From Candidatus Heimdallarchaeota archaeon (GTDB lineage Archaea; Asgardarchaeota; Heimdallarchaeia; Hodarchaeales; Hodarchaeaceae): a DNA stretch of 64,000 nucleotides. Below the pieces are notes generated by a model that did not search any database, had not been told where the DNA came from, and saw only the letters and a program-made list of their open reading frames with translations. A program made the position numbers and the translations under genes. The stretch is from contig RDOB01000003.1 of NCBI GenBank assembly GCA_011364965.1, positions 432,939 to 496,938 on the forward strand, given 5' to 3'. Within the stretch, counting starts at the first letter, position 1; the number at the start of each line of letters is the position of its first letter. This document shows positions 1 through 10,066 of the stretch, one piece after another.

Positions 1-1293
1 AATGGAGACTATTTAAAAAATGCAATAATATGGATGGACTCACGTGGAGCACCTTATGTCAAGAAAAGGTTGCGTGGATTAATAAAAGTTTCAGGATATC
101 CAGTTCAAGATATTATAAGGTTTGTCAGAAAATCAGGAGGAGCTCCATCGCTTTCAGGTAAAGATCCTATTGCTCACATTTTATATCTTCAATATGAAGA
201 ACCAGACATTTATCAACATACACAAGTATTTCTTGAACCCAAAGATTACTTGAATTTTAAATTAACAGGTAAAATTGCAGCATCTTTCGATTCAATTATG
301 TTGCATTGGGTCACAAATATTCAAGACATTAATAATATTCACTATGACAAATCGTTAATAAGAAGACTCGGGGTTTCTAAGGATAAGTTCCCTAAATTAA
401 TGCAAGCAACAGATGTTTTGGGTACGGTTAGAAGTGAAGTTGCTGATATATTAGGAATTAACAACAACGTAAAAGTCGTGATGGGGTCTCCCGATCTCCA
501 ATCAGCTATAATAGGATCAGGAGCAGTTCAAGATTATCAAGGACATATTTATATTGGTACAAGTTCTTGGATTATAACTCATGTTCCTTTTAAGAAGACC
601 GATATTTTTCATAATATAGCTACTTTACCCTCTGCAATTCCTGGAAGATATTTCACAGCAAATGAGCAGGAAAGTGCTGGACAATGCTTGAATTTCCTGC
701 GGGATAACATATTTTATTCAGATGATGAGGAATATTTTGGCAAGCAAGAAGTCTATCAAATGTTTGATCGATTAGCGGAACAGGTCGCCCCAGGAAGTGA
801 AAATTTAATTTTTGCTCCATGGCTTTATGGGGAACGGACTCCCATAGATGACCATTATGTTCGCGGAATTATATTTAATTTATCTTTAAACTCGAAAAAA
901 GAACAAATTGTACGAGCAGCCTTTGAAGGTGTTGCATATAACTCACGATGGGTATTGAAATACCTTGAAGCTTTTACAAAAAGAAAATTAGATCCTCTAA
1001 ACATCATTGGTGGAGGAGCGCAATCAGATATTTGGGTACAAATTTATGCTGATGTATTAAACAAACGAATTAAAAGAATAAAGGATCCTTTACAAGCAAA
1101 TGCAAGGGGCGCAGCATTTATCGCCTCAGTTGGATTAGGATATATAAATTTCAATCAAATTCCCAGATTAACACAATATTCGGGAGAATTTTCTCCAATC
1201 AGAGAAAATGTTAAAATTTATAATCAGCTTTTCAAGGAGTTTTTAAACCTCTATAAACATAATAAAAAGGCATTTCAAAAGTTAAATCATTAA
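1..1293 (+). CDS. FGGY-family carbohydrate kinase (xylulokinase-like), 5'-truncated by window edge
   Basis: Frame is open from base 1 (NGDYLKNAIIWMDSR), so the start lies upstream. FGGY motifs: IIWMDSR, PKDYLNFKLTG, IYIGTS, PWLYGERTP, RAAFEG, GGGAQSDIWVQIYAD. Confidence 0.9.
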   Translation, partial: NGDYLKNAIIWMDSRGAPYVKKRLRGLIKVSGYPVQDIIRFVRKSGGAPSLSGKDPIAHILYLQYEEPDIYQHTQVFLEPKDYLNFKLTGKIAASFDSIMLHWVTNIQDINNIHYDKSLIRRLGVSKDKFPKLMQATDVLGTVRSEVADILGINNNVKVVMGSPDLQSAIIGSGAVQDYQGHIYIGTSSWIITHVPFKKTDIFHNIATLPSAIPGRYFTANEQESAGQCLNFLRDNIFYSDDEEYFGKQEVYQMFDRLAEQVAPGSENLIFAPWLYGERTPIDDHYVRGIIFNLSLNSKKEQIVRAAFEGVAYNSRWVLKYLEAFTKRKLDPLNIIGGGAQSDIWVQIYADVLNKRIKRIKDPLQANARGAAFIASVGLGYINFNQIPRLTQYSGEFSPIRENVKIYNQLFKEFLNLYKHNKKAFQKLNH

Positions 1294-1345
1294 TCATCGG
1301 GAGTATTAATCTAAATGTTTTTGAAGTATAAATTGGAGATCTAAT

Positions 1346-2719
1346 ATGATAGATGGCCCAAAAATCACAATAATTGGCGCGGGAAGTGCAAGTTTTGGCT
1401 TAGAGAATTTAACTGGAATATTGAATAACAGAAAATTTCAGAATTCGGCCGAATTAGTATTAGTTGATATTAATGAACCAAATCTCCTCAAAATATTTCA
1501 TTTGGCAAAACTAATCAACCGAGAATGGAAATCTAACATAAAAATCTCCATGTGCACAAATAGGAAGGAAGCACTTCCCGATAGTGATTTCGTTATTCTT
1601 TCCGTGGCTCAAGATCGGGAAGATACTTGGTTCAAAGATTATAAAATTGGTATTAAGCATAATATTTGGCATTATGCAGAAAATGGAGGACCAGGAAGTT
1701 TTGGACATACAGCGCGAGGTTTAGCGTTCATTATACCTATTTTAACTGATATTCATGACCTAATCCCTGACGCGTGGCTTATTAACTTTACTAATCCCCT
1801 TCCACGGATTGGGTATGCTGCTCAAAAGGCTGGAGTAAAATTTATCGGTCTATGTCATCAAATTTGGCATGGTTATGGAATACTGGGACGATATCTAGCT
1901 AAAGACTTAGAAATCACATCTGATTTGGACTTAGAGTATAAATGGACAGATGAAAACCAAGGAAAATTTGCTAATTTCACTAGCAAAGCCATTCAGGAAT
2001 ATAATATCAAAGCTGCAGGACTAAATCATTTTACATGGATGCTGGAAATAAAGAAGAAGTCAACAGGAGAAGAAATGTATCCTCGAATAAAGAATGAGGC
2101 AAAGAATATTAATCGAAATTTTGAACCCCTAACCCAAAAAATGTTTGAGATTTTTGGTTTTCTTCCCGTACCAGGTGATTGTCATTTAGCTGAATACTTA
2201 CCTTATACTTATAAGAAAGAGAATTGGAGTCAATATAACATTCAACTTTATGACTTTAATCGGGGTAAAAAGCAACGAATGGCTATGTGGACGAAAATTA
2301 ACAACATAATTAGTAATAAACAAGTTTTAGATCTCACCCCTAATTATTTAGAAAGAGGGGATGAAGTTATAGCCGCTATTGCATATGATGACAACACTTC
2401 TGAACAAGCTGTCAATATAATAAATCATGGAGTAATAAGCAATCTACCTAGAGATGCAATTATAGAACTTCCAGCTTCCCTCAATAAAAACGGTCCCAAA
2501 GGAATCAAAATTGGCAAACTACCTGAAGGAATTGCTGCGTTGTGTGTAAAGGAAATATCTATCGCAAAATTGATCACTGATGCCTCAATAGAAGGAGACA
2601 GATTAAAAGCACTACAAGCGTTTTCATTAATGCTTGATGACCTTCAATTAGCTGAAAATCTTCTTAATGACTACTTAAGTGAACATAAAAAATATCTACC
2701 TCAATTTTTTAAGGCATAA
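1346..2719 (+). CDS. Glycoside hydrolase family 4 (NAD+/Mn2+-dependent; alpha-galactosidase/glucosidase-like)
   Basis: IIGAGSASF Rossmann motif, AENGGPG, INFTNP, GLCH and GLNHFTW. GGAGA RBS-like sequence upstream. Confidence 0.9.
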   Translation: MIDGPKITIIGAGSASFGLENLTGILNNRKFQNSAELVLVDINEPNLLKIFHLAKLINREWKSNIKISMCTNRKEALPDSDFVILSVAQDREDTWFKDYKIGIKHNIWHYAENGGPGSFGHTARGLAFIIPILTDIHDLIPDAWLINFTNPLPRIGYAAQKAGVKFIGLCHQIWHGYGILGRYLAKDLEITSDLDLEYKWTDENQGKFANFTSKAIQEYNIKAAGLNHFTWMLEIKKKSTGEEMYPRIKNEAKNINRNFEPLTQKMFEIFGFLPVPGDCHLAEYLPYTYKKENWSQYNIQLYDFNRGKKQRMAMWTKINNIISNKQVLDLTPNYLERGDEVIAAIAYDDNTSEQAVNIINHGVISNLPRDAIIELPASLNKNGPKGIKIGKLPEGIAALCVKEISIAKLITDASIEGDRLKALQAFSLMLDDLQLAENLLNDYLSEHKKYLPQFFKA

Positions 2720-2731
2720 TAGCTTTAGGCG

Positions 2732-3388
2732 GTGTTTATCATAAAAATAAAATTAATTATTTTTGATCTCGATGATACGTTAGTTAATAGTAAGTTGGAT
2801 TATTCAGGAATTCGAAAGAAGATAGCAAAACTTTACAGTGAACCTCCCTCCCCTTCAGAAGTTCAGAAAACACCAATTTTACGGTTATTGGAGAAATTAA
2901 CATTTATTCATCCAGATAGAGCTGACCAAGGAAAAAAAATTCTTTCCGAGGAAGAGAAAAAGGCTGCAATAGAAGCTGAGGTAATAACTGGTGCAGAAGA
3001 AGTACCTAAATTATTGAAAAAGTACGATATTTTAGCAGTAATTTATACAAATAATTCTCAGGAGTCTGTGTCTCATTATTTGAATCAGGATCGATTCGCA
3101 TTTTTGAAGGATATCCCCATATATACTCGTGAGCAATTTGAGAACGTAAAACCTCATCCAGAAGGTATTCTTAAGATTCTTGAATTGTATCAACAACAGA
3201 ATATAACACCTGATAATTCAGTTTACATAGGAGATTCTTATCTTGACGCATTAGCTGCACATAATGCGAAAATTAAATTTATTTGGTTTAAATCGAGAGA
3301 TCAATATGAAAATCCCATCCCAACAATACCCTATGCCACATTGACACATTGGAAGGATTTTGAAGATTTTTTACAAAACCACATTTAA
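2732..3388 (+). CDS. HAD-superfamily hydrolase (phosphatase)
   Basis: FDLDDTL motif I, TNN motif II, KPHPEG and IGDSYLD motifs III/IV. Confidence 0.88.
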   Translation: MFIIKIKLIIFDLDDTLVNSKLDYSGIRKKIAKLYSEPPSPSEVQKTPILRLLEKLTFIHPDRADQGKKILSEEEKKAAIEAEVITGAEEVPKLLKKYDILAVIYTNNSQESVSHYLNQDRFAFLKDIPIYTREQFENVKPHPEGILKILELYQQQNITPDNSVYIGDSYLDALAAHNAKIKFIWFKSRDQYENPIPTIPYATLTHWKDFEDFLQNHI

Positions 3389-3400
3389 TCTGTATTATAT

Positions 3401-3463
3401 TCTAATCCCTCGAGAAAGCACATATAGACGAATATCTCAATAAAAAGCTGTTCGAGGATTAGA
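3401..3463. repeat. Imperfect inverted repeat after the sugar operon (terminator-like hairpin or miniature element)
   Basis: TCTAATCCCTCGA (3401-3413) and TCGAGGATTAGA (3452-3463) are reverse complements apart from one extra C. Confidence 0.45.
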
Positions 3464-3608
3464 GATTTTTAGATCAGTTTTTATGTGCAAATATATTAAG
3501 CAATCTTAAAAATAAAAAAATTCTGATGATATTATGATTTTTATCGGATAGAAATCTATATTTCTCACTCTAGAACTAAAAAAAAAATGAGCTAGGTGCT
3601 ATGTATAT

Positions 3609-3815
3609 ATGAGAAAATTCGCATTCCAAGAACTTGCTTATGCAATTGTAGTTGCTACTTCCTATGGGGCACTGATGGGAATGTTGTTTAATGCGTATTC
3701 AGATGTCATCTTCTTCCTCCTGTGGGTACTTTTAATTTGCGCACACCTAGCAGGTATTTATCTTATTGCCTATCTTGAAGAAAAGAATGAAAAAAAGAGA
3801 AATCCTAATGATTAA
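3609..3815 (+). CDS. Small 2-TM membrane protein
   Basis: 68-aa ORF with two hydrophobic helices and a charged tail. AGGTG RBS-like sequence upstream. Confidence 0.65.
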   Translation: MRKFAFQELAYAIVVATSYGALMGMLFNAYSDVIFFLLWVLLICAHLAGIYLIAYLEEKNEKKRNPND

Positions 3816-3834
3816 CGCACTAGGAAGATCTTGA

Positions 3835-5094
3835 ATGGATAAAGAAGAATTAAATCTCTCTCATTCCCTATTTGAGGATTCATTAATTAATATTATTCCT
3901 TTCTTCGGCCCAAAGATCATCAATCGATTCCCTATTATACAATATGGGAGCTCAATTCCAATTTATGGATCTCTAATGATTCTTTTTTTTATCACAACAG
4001 GATTCTCAGTTCAAAAGGGAATATTGCTTGGAAGCACAACAATTGGCATCATTCTTTGGTCATTTTCCTTCAATCGAATCACAGATCAGTATAGAAATCT
4101 GAAATGTCCTAAAAACCTAAAAAACGGGATTAGAGTATACAAAAGATTCTATAACGTCCTCATTTCTAAGTATTCTCTAGCTTGTACGATTCTTTTCTCT
4201 TTAATAGGAATTTTGTATATTATTTCGTCAAATGTAATAAAAAATTTTCTTTTAGCTTTCAATCTTTCATCTGAGAGTCCATTTCAGCAAAAAGGAATGT
4301 TTATGTTTCTTTGTTTTGTTTTATTATTTGCTATTAGTATTCGAGTTGTATCTTCAGGATTTGCTATATTAGCTATATTTTATAGAAACTACTTATTTTC
4401 TGACTATATCCATAAAAAAAATAAAGGAAATCTGCATTTACTACCATATATAGCTATTACAACTGCCTTTGATAGAACAATTTTCCAGTCTTTCTTTATA
4501 TTTCTATTCTGGCTGCCTATCCCCCTTCTGCTAGAAGATTCGATTCTGATTTCTCTATTCATTATCATATTCATCGTTGCGATATTCTCATTGTTAATCA
4601 ATTCCATTTGGCTACGAAGAATTCGAGCTACTTCTATATCAAAGACTGTTTCCCAAGCTTTAAGACAGGAGTACCATGGGTTCTTCGCTTCTGTATCTTT
4701 GGCAAATAAACCACATATCACCCCGATTCTGTTTGGTTTTGATGGAGTAAATCTGTATTTCAACACTTCTATTGTATCCAAAAAGATAAAAAATCTTCAA
4801 CATCAAAATCGAGTAAGTTTAATACTAAAAACTGAGGATGGGTTCCATAAAATAATTTATTATGGAAAATCTCATGTTTATGGTCATAATACTTTCTGGA
4901 CTATCTTATATTTCATGATGTTTTGGCCAGAATTATTTTTTGCATACAAGATTTTGCAAAGGAAGTACCGAGAAGTATTAGAATATTATCAGAATAAAAA
5001 TCTTCCGTTACGTTGGTCACCGAAACCTTTCATTGCACGAACGATGATCAAAATAATCCCTGAAAAAATAGTAATCCTACCCTTTGAGTTATAA
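3835..5094 (+). CDS. Multi-TM membrane protein with C-terminal pyridoxamine-5'-phosphate-oxidase-like (split-barrel flavin/F420-binding) domain
   Basis: About 6 hydrophobic segments, then HGFFASVSLANKPHITPILFGFDGVNLYFNTSIVSKKIKNLQHQNRVSL, a typical PNPOx-like N-terminal signature. Confidence 0.75.
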   Translation: MDKEELNLSHSLFEDSLINIIPFFGPKIINRFPIIQYGSSIPIYGSLMILFFITTGFSVQKGILLGSTTIGIILWSFSFNRITDQYRNLKCPKNLKNGIRVYKRFYNVLISKYSLACTILFSLIGILYIISSNVIKNFLLAFNLSSESPFQQKGMFMFLCFVLLFAISIRVVSSGFAILAIFYRNYLFSDYIHKKNKGNLHLLPYIAITTAFDRTIFQSFFIFLFWLPIPLLLEDSILISLFIIIFIVAIFSLLINSIWLRRIRATSISKTVSQALRQEYHGFFASVSLANKPHITPILFGFDGVNLYFNTSIVSKKIKNLQHQNRVSLILKTEDGFHKIIYYGKSHVYGHNTFWTILYFMMFWPELFFAYKILQRKYREVLEYYQNKNLPLRWSPKPFIARTMIKIIPEKIVILPFEL

Positions 5095-5123
5095 GATTTA
5101 CTAAGGAGGAGAAATACTCAAAT

Positions 5124-5537
5124 CTATTTTTTTGTTCGGATTGTCTTGAAATATGGACCTCTCCACATAACTATTTTAGTAACTTTTCCCTCAAATAATT
5201 GGACCATCTCTTTCAACTTCTCGTTAATATTTATTTTATCGATCAAATCTTGATTAAAGGGAAGAGCAGTGAGTCTTCCTTCAAACATTAGACCAGAATT
5301 TTTTGTAGGATCCTCTAAATGAATTTCATCTATTGTAAAAGTGTAATAAGAGTTATTAGATAAATTTTTAATGATTTTGGAAGTGTTTTTAATAATAAAG
5401 AGCAATGAGGACTCAGAAAGGGGAATAAAGGGAACGAAATCGATAATGGGAATATTATATACCGAAATAGTAGAAATTGCGCCGACAGAGTTATTATCAA
5501 GAATTCTCTTAAGAGCAAACGGGATTTTAGAAAACAT
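5124..5537 (-). CDS. PNPOx-like split-barrel protein
   Basis: VGAISTISVYNIP...SKIIKNLSNNSYYTFTID pattern. Start moved to ATG 5537 (MFSKIP) to avoid overlap with the ATPase. Confidence 0.65.
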   Translation of the reverse strand: MFSKIPFALKRILDNNSVGAISTISVYNIPIIDFVPFIPLSESSLLFIIKNTSKIIKNLSNNSYYTFTIDEIHLEDPTKNSGLMFEGRLTALPFNQDLIDKININEKLKEMVQLFEGKVTKIVMWRGPYFKTIRTKK

Positions 5538-5545
5538 ATGATTTC

Positions 5546-7621
5546 TTAACGTAATAAACGTAATGAGTTTAAAATAGTTAATAAAGCAACTCCCATATCT
5601 CCAAAAACAGCTACCCACATACTAGCAAGGCCAATAGCTCCGAGAAAAATAAAAACCCCTTTTAATACTAGTGCAAAAATAATATTCTGTTTCGCTATTT
5701 TACTGGTTTTTTTTGCGATTTTTATAGATTGAGGAAGTTTAGAGGGATTATTATCCATAATCACCAAATCTGCGGCCTCAATTGTCGCATCGGAACCGAA
5801 TGCCATCGCTATTCCTATATCCGCTCGTGCTATTACGGGAGCATCATTTATACCATCCCCAACAAATGCAACATACTTATTTCCTGTTTGGACTTGTATG
5901 TATTTCTCTAGAATTTCTAATTTATTCAAAGGCATTAAACTAGCATAAACACGATCAATTCCAACCTGATTTGCAACTCTCTGTGCAATTCGTTTTGTAT
6001 CTCCTGTTAATAAAGCGATATCAGTAATATTTAAAGACTTTAACTCTTTAATGGTTTGTTGAGCAGTTGCTTTAACTTGATCATCAATTATGATATGGCC
6101 AATATATTTGCTATTTAGTACAACATAAACTGCTGTTTCATGCTGTATACACTCAGTATGTAAACAATCAATTTCGTGGATCATTTTATCATTGCCTACA
6201 ACGATAAAATTATCATCAGTGGTTTTCATAGAAATCCCCAAAGCTGGTAATTCTTCGTATTCAGCAATTAATGAGGAATCGATTGCTTTTCCATATGCTT
6301 CACGAATCGAAATCGCAATGGGATGATTCGATTGGCTTTCAGCTAAGGCTGCATAATACAATATATCATTAGGAGAATAGCTAAGTGTAGGAACTATGGT
6401 AACAACCTTAAACTTACCAATTGTAAGAGTTCCAGTCTTATCGAATAACACTGTAGATATATTTGTTAATTTATCAAGAGTATTAGCTCCTTTAAGTAAG
6501 ATACCATCTTTTGAGCTTTTCCCAATGCCAGAAAAATAAACCAAGGGAATAGAGACAACAAGGGCACATGGACAAGAAATAACCAGCACAACAAGCGCGC
6601 GATAGATCCACTCATTAAGCGACCCTCCAAATATCAGGGGGGGAATGATAGCCAGAAATAGAGCTGAAAATAGAACAAATGGAGTATAATATCGCGCAAA
6701 TCGTGTAATGAATAATTCTGTTTTGGATTTTTTTTCCGTTGCATTTTCCACCGCATTAAGTATTCTTGATACAGTTGAATCATAATAATGAGATGTTACT
6801 TTAATATGAAGGCTACCAGAGGGAATAGACCCAGAGAGAATTTCCATCCCTGCCTCAACATCAATAGGATGGCTTTCCCCAGTTAAAAAGGACATATCAA
6901 GAGTTGTTTGACCCTGAAGGATTTCTCCATCTAGTGGTACACGTTCTCCAGGTTTAACAAGTATCGTATCTCCAAGACTAATTTCAGAGATTGGGACATT
7001 TACAATTTCAGATCCATTTTCTTTATGTGCAACATCAGGCCTAATGTCAATAAGCGAACTTATGGCATGTCGGGAATGGTTCACCGCACGAGTTTGAAGG
7101 TATTCCCCAATCGTATAAAATACCATTACTGCTACTGCTTCAGGAATTTCATTGATAAAAATTGCCCCTAAAGTGGCAATAGACATCAAAAAATATTCAT
7201 TCGTAAAATCAGCTCGCTTAAGCTGTAAAAATGCTTTATAAAGAACTTTCCAGCCACTTATGATATACGCGAGAAATAAAAAAATGTTTCCTAGATGGAA
7301 AAAGGGGATTATAGGATCCGTTGTCGCAAACACTCCGAAAAATAGGAGTATTAATGCTAACCCGATTTGATATAAAGGAGATTTTGTGGGATATTTTCCT
7401 TCCATTGAATTTATCTTATAAGGAATAACCTTAATATCAGGTTCAATTGATGAAACAATCCCTTTAATGGTTTTTAAGTCATCAGATGCTATAGAAAGTG
7501 ATTGAGTAACCAAGTTTACTTTCACATCAGAAAAATTATAATTTTTCAATGCCTCTTCGATTTTTAAAGCGCAATCAGCGCAGTTTAGATTTTCAAGATT
7601 ATATCTGTTTAGAGGAGACAT
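5546..7621 (-). CDS. cadA: Heavy-metal P1B-type ATPase (Zn/Cd/Pb, CadA/ZntA-like)
   Basis: N-terminal HMA CADC, TGES, CPC, DKTGTLT, HP and GDGINDAP motifs. K in TM7 and D-x-G in TM8 are typical of P1B-2. Confidence 0.92.
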   Translation of the reverse strand: MSPLNRYNLENLNCADCALKIEEALKNYNFSDVKVNLVTQSLSIASDDLKTIKGIVSSIEPDIKVIPYKINSMEGKYPTKSPLYQIGLALILLFFGVFATTDPIIPFFHLGNIFLFLAYIISGWKVLYKAFLQLKRADFTNEYFLMSIATLGAIFINEIPEAVAVMVFYTIGEYLQTRAVNHSRHAISSLIDIRPDVAHKENGSEIVNVPISEISLGDTILVKPGERVPLDGEILQGQTTLDMSFLTGESHPIDVEAGMEILSGSIPSGSLHIKVTSHYYDSTVSRILNAVENATEKKSKTELFITRFARYYTPFVLFSALFLAIIPPLIFGGSLNEWIYRALVVLVISCPCALVVSIPLVYFSGIGKSSKDGILLKGANTLDKLTNISTVLFDKTGTLTIGKFKVVTIVPTLSYSPNDILYYAALAESQSNHPIAISIREAYGKAIDSSLIAEYEELPALGISMKTTDDNFIVVGNDKMIHEIDCLHTECIQHETAVYVVLNSKYIGHIIIDDQVKATAQQTIKELKSLNITDIALLTGDTKRIAQRVANQVGIDRVYASLMPLNKLEILEKYIQVQTGNKYVAFVGDGINDAPVIARADIGIAMAFGSDATIEAADLVIMDNNPSKLPQSIKIAKKTSKIAKQNIIFALVLKGVFIFLGAIGLASMWVAVFGDMGVALLTILNSLRLLR

Positions 7622-7973
7622 CTCAAAATATCCTAATAGATTAAATAATATTAAGATTGTTCATTGGAATCCTTTAAAATAAGTTGAATTTTAAATCATT
7701 AAATTTCATGTTTATTCATTCTTGATTTGATCAGAATAGCTGAAATTGGCATTTTGACCTTGAATTCGTCCCTAGATCAAAGGTATTTTTATATAATTCA
7801 ATTTTATTATCAGAAAAAAATCGAATTGGATCCGAATCTCTAAATTCCTGAAATTGATTGATTATATAAATTTTGAAGATCAGATAACAATTGTTAATAA
7901 TAATATAAATAGTTCCCTCTATTAGAATCAAAATGCCAAGTGGTTAAAAATATTCGAGGATGAGACTGTAACC

Positions 7974-8159
7974 ATGGATGAATATCTATTATGTGAAGTA
8001 TGTTCTGAAAAGAAGCCTATACCGCAGCATTGCGGGAAAGTTATGCATTTAGAAATGTATCAAGGAAAGGAAATGTTGATTTGCTGGATGGGATCTACAT
8101 GTGGAGTACAGGAACTCCCATATCATCACAATCAACCAATGAAAATTAAACACAGTTAA
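7974..8159 (+). CDS. Small Cys/His-rich metal-binding protein (two desulforedoxin/zinc-ribbon-like halves)
   Basis: CEVC-x8-HCGKVM and CWMGSTC-x7-HHNQPM. GAGGA upstream. Confidence 0.7.
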   Translation: MDEYLLCEVCSEKKPIPQHCGKVMHLEMYQGKEMLICWMGSTCGVQELPYHHNQPMKIKHS

Positions 8160-8224
8160 TAAATAATAATTTTTGGGCTAAAATAGAACGGATTACATAT
8201 TATTCTTTATAGAGAGTGTTTTGC

Positions 8225-9193
8225 ATGGCATATGAAATTATTGGAGACATTATTTTCAGTTTCGTCACAGCCCTACGAGAGGTTCTTGAAGCTGCCCTAA
8301 TTATCGGAATTGTTTCTAGCTATATCTCGAAAGTAAAACGAAAAGATTTACTTAAAGAAATCTGGTTAGGAGTAATTACAGCAACTGTATTCAGTATAGC
8401 AATGGCTTGGTTTTTTCTCAATATGTTCAGCGGCCTTGAGGAATACCAAAAGCTCTTTGAGTCTATAATAATGTTTATTGCGGCTGGTGTTTTAACTTGG
8501 ATGGTTTTTTGGATGTCACGTCAATCCAAATCGATTAAATCAGAAATGGAAGAGAAAATTGACCAAATCATAACTACCCAACAAAAAACTGGCTTATTCT
8601 TACTGGTTTTCTTTTCTGTCGTAAGGGAAGGGGCGGAATTAGTCCTTTTTCTATTCGCAAATTACACTGGAAACATAGAGGAAGCTGGGATTTACATTGC
8701 TTTAGGAACAACAATTCTTGGGTTTACTCTTGGACTTATTTTGGCCGTTATAATGGCATATATAATTTTCAAGACAACTTATATGTTAGATTTGAAAAAA
8801 TTCTTCCAAATTACAAGTTTTATATTAATTATTTTTGCTGCAGGACTATTAGCTCATGGTATTCATGAATTTTACGAATTTCTTGAAATCACGAATACAG
8901 ACTTCGCAAGGTCTTTCATCTGGACTGAATTATGGAATATAAATGATGGTATATTAGGAAATATATTTCAATTTGTGTTCGGATGGAGCTATGATCCACA
9001 ATATCCTCTCAGATTTGAAAAAAGTGTTATTGGAGGCATTTTTGCAGGATTGTTTGGATGGAACGATAACCCGGCACTTCTAGAAGTATTAGGTTACATC
9101 TCATATTATTTAGCAATTTTAATAATACTTATGAAGGGAAATTTACGAAATCCCTCAACCAAAACGAATGAAGATAGTACTTTGCTACAGTAA
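8225..9193 (+). CDS. FTR1/EfeU-family iron permease
   Basis: Two RExxE motifs (LREVLE, VREGAE), about 7 TM, AAGLLAHGIHE. ATG 8225 preferred over GTG 8216. Confidence 0.9.
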   Translation: MAYEIIGDIIFSFVTALREVLEAALIIGIVSSYISKVKRKDLLKEIWLGVITATVFSIAMAWFFLNMFSGLEEYQKLFESIIMFIAAGVLTWMVFWMSRQSKSIKSEMEEKIDQIITTQQKTGLFLLVFFSVVREGAELVLFLFANYTGNIEEAGIYIALGTTILGFTLGLILAVIMAYIIFKTTYMLDLKKFFQITSFILIIFAAGLLAHGIHEFYEFLEITNTDFARSFIWTELWNINDGILGNIFQFVFGWSYDPQYPLRFEKSVIGGIFAGLFGWNDNPALLEVLGYISYYLAILIILMKGNLRNPSTKTNEDSTLLQ

Positions 9194-9207
9194 CCTAAAA
9201 AATATAT

Positions 9208-10023
9208 CTAACGAAGTAAACCCCCAAGAACTGTGATTTCTATCCCACGGTTCTCCAATTCATTCAATAATGGATTTATCCCAATAGAATCAGATACTAG
9301 ATGCCCTGTTATCAATAATTGCCCTTTTTGAATACTTAATATTTGAAATAAATCTGCCGGGGTAATATGGATGTATATAACAGTATCTAGTCCATACTTA
9401 TAATATAAATTGGCAATTGTAAATCCTCCATTTGTAAACGCGCCGTGGCTAAAAATCCAGTTCCCAAGTTGATCAGAAGAAGAACCTTTAGCAATTTCAA
9501 TTCTTGTTTGAGCCTTTGAAAACTCAGGAATAGAGGATTCTAAATGAATTATTACATCATCAAGGGTAGGATAAGAAGCTTTTTTGCATAATTCCTCTAT
9601 TGCTTGCGTGATTATTTGTCTACCAAGTTCATCAGAGGGACAATGGATATTAAGGAATGGCATCTTAATTAATCGAGCGAAAGCAGGTATCGAATCATAA
9701 TTCCTTGCATGGGCTCCAAATTTAAATCCTATAAGCTTTTCTTCAATTACGGCACGAGCTTCTTCTCCTGGTATGTTCTTGCTCTTTAATTGCTTCAAGT
9801 GTTGCCAAAATACTTTATAATGGTTTACCAAACCCACAGGATGATGAGCAACCACGGCATCATAATTGTTCTCTTTTGCATATTGAAGTTCCGCGACTCC
9901 GATATCAATTCCGTATAAAATTCGCTTAATGTCTGAACCTGAAACATAAATTGCAGAGTCAGCTGGGATTTCGGTCATTTCAACAAGATCCAATGAAATT
10001 TTCATGATATCCTCTGTATTCAT
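9208..10023 (-). CDS. NIF3/DUF34-like dinuclear metal-binding protein
   Basis: RILYGID, VVAHHP, FLNIHCPSD and TGHLVSDSIGIN motifs. Confidence 0.8.
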   Translation of the reverse strand: MNTEDIMKISLDLVEMTEIPADSAIYVSGSDIKRILYGIDIGVAELQYAKENNYDAVVAHHPVGLVNHYKVFWQHLKQLKSKNIPGEEARAVIEEKLIGFKFGAHARNYDSIPAFARLIKMPFLNIHCPSDELGRQIITQAIEELCKKASYPTLDDVIIHLESSIPEFSKAQTRIEIAKGSSSDQLGNWIFSHGAFTNGGFTIANLYYKYGLDTVIYIHITPADLFQILSIQKGQLLITGHLVSDSIGINPLLNELENRGIEITVLGGLLR

Positions 10024-10066
10024 TTTTAAATCACTTTACTGATTAATCTCACCTATTCAATTAGAA

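Noticed and set aside
7885-7896. TAACAATTGTTA palindrome upstream of the FTR1 unit
   Set aside because: A 12-bp AT-rich palindrome is expected many times by chance in this composition.
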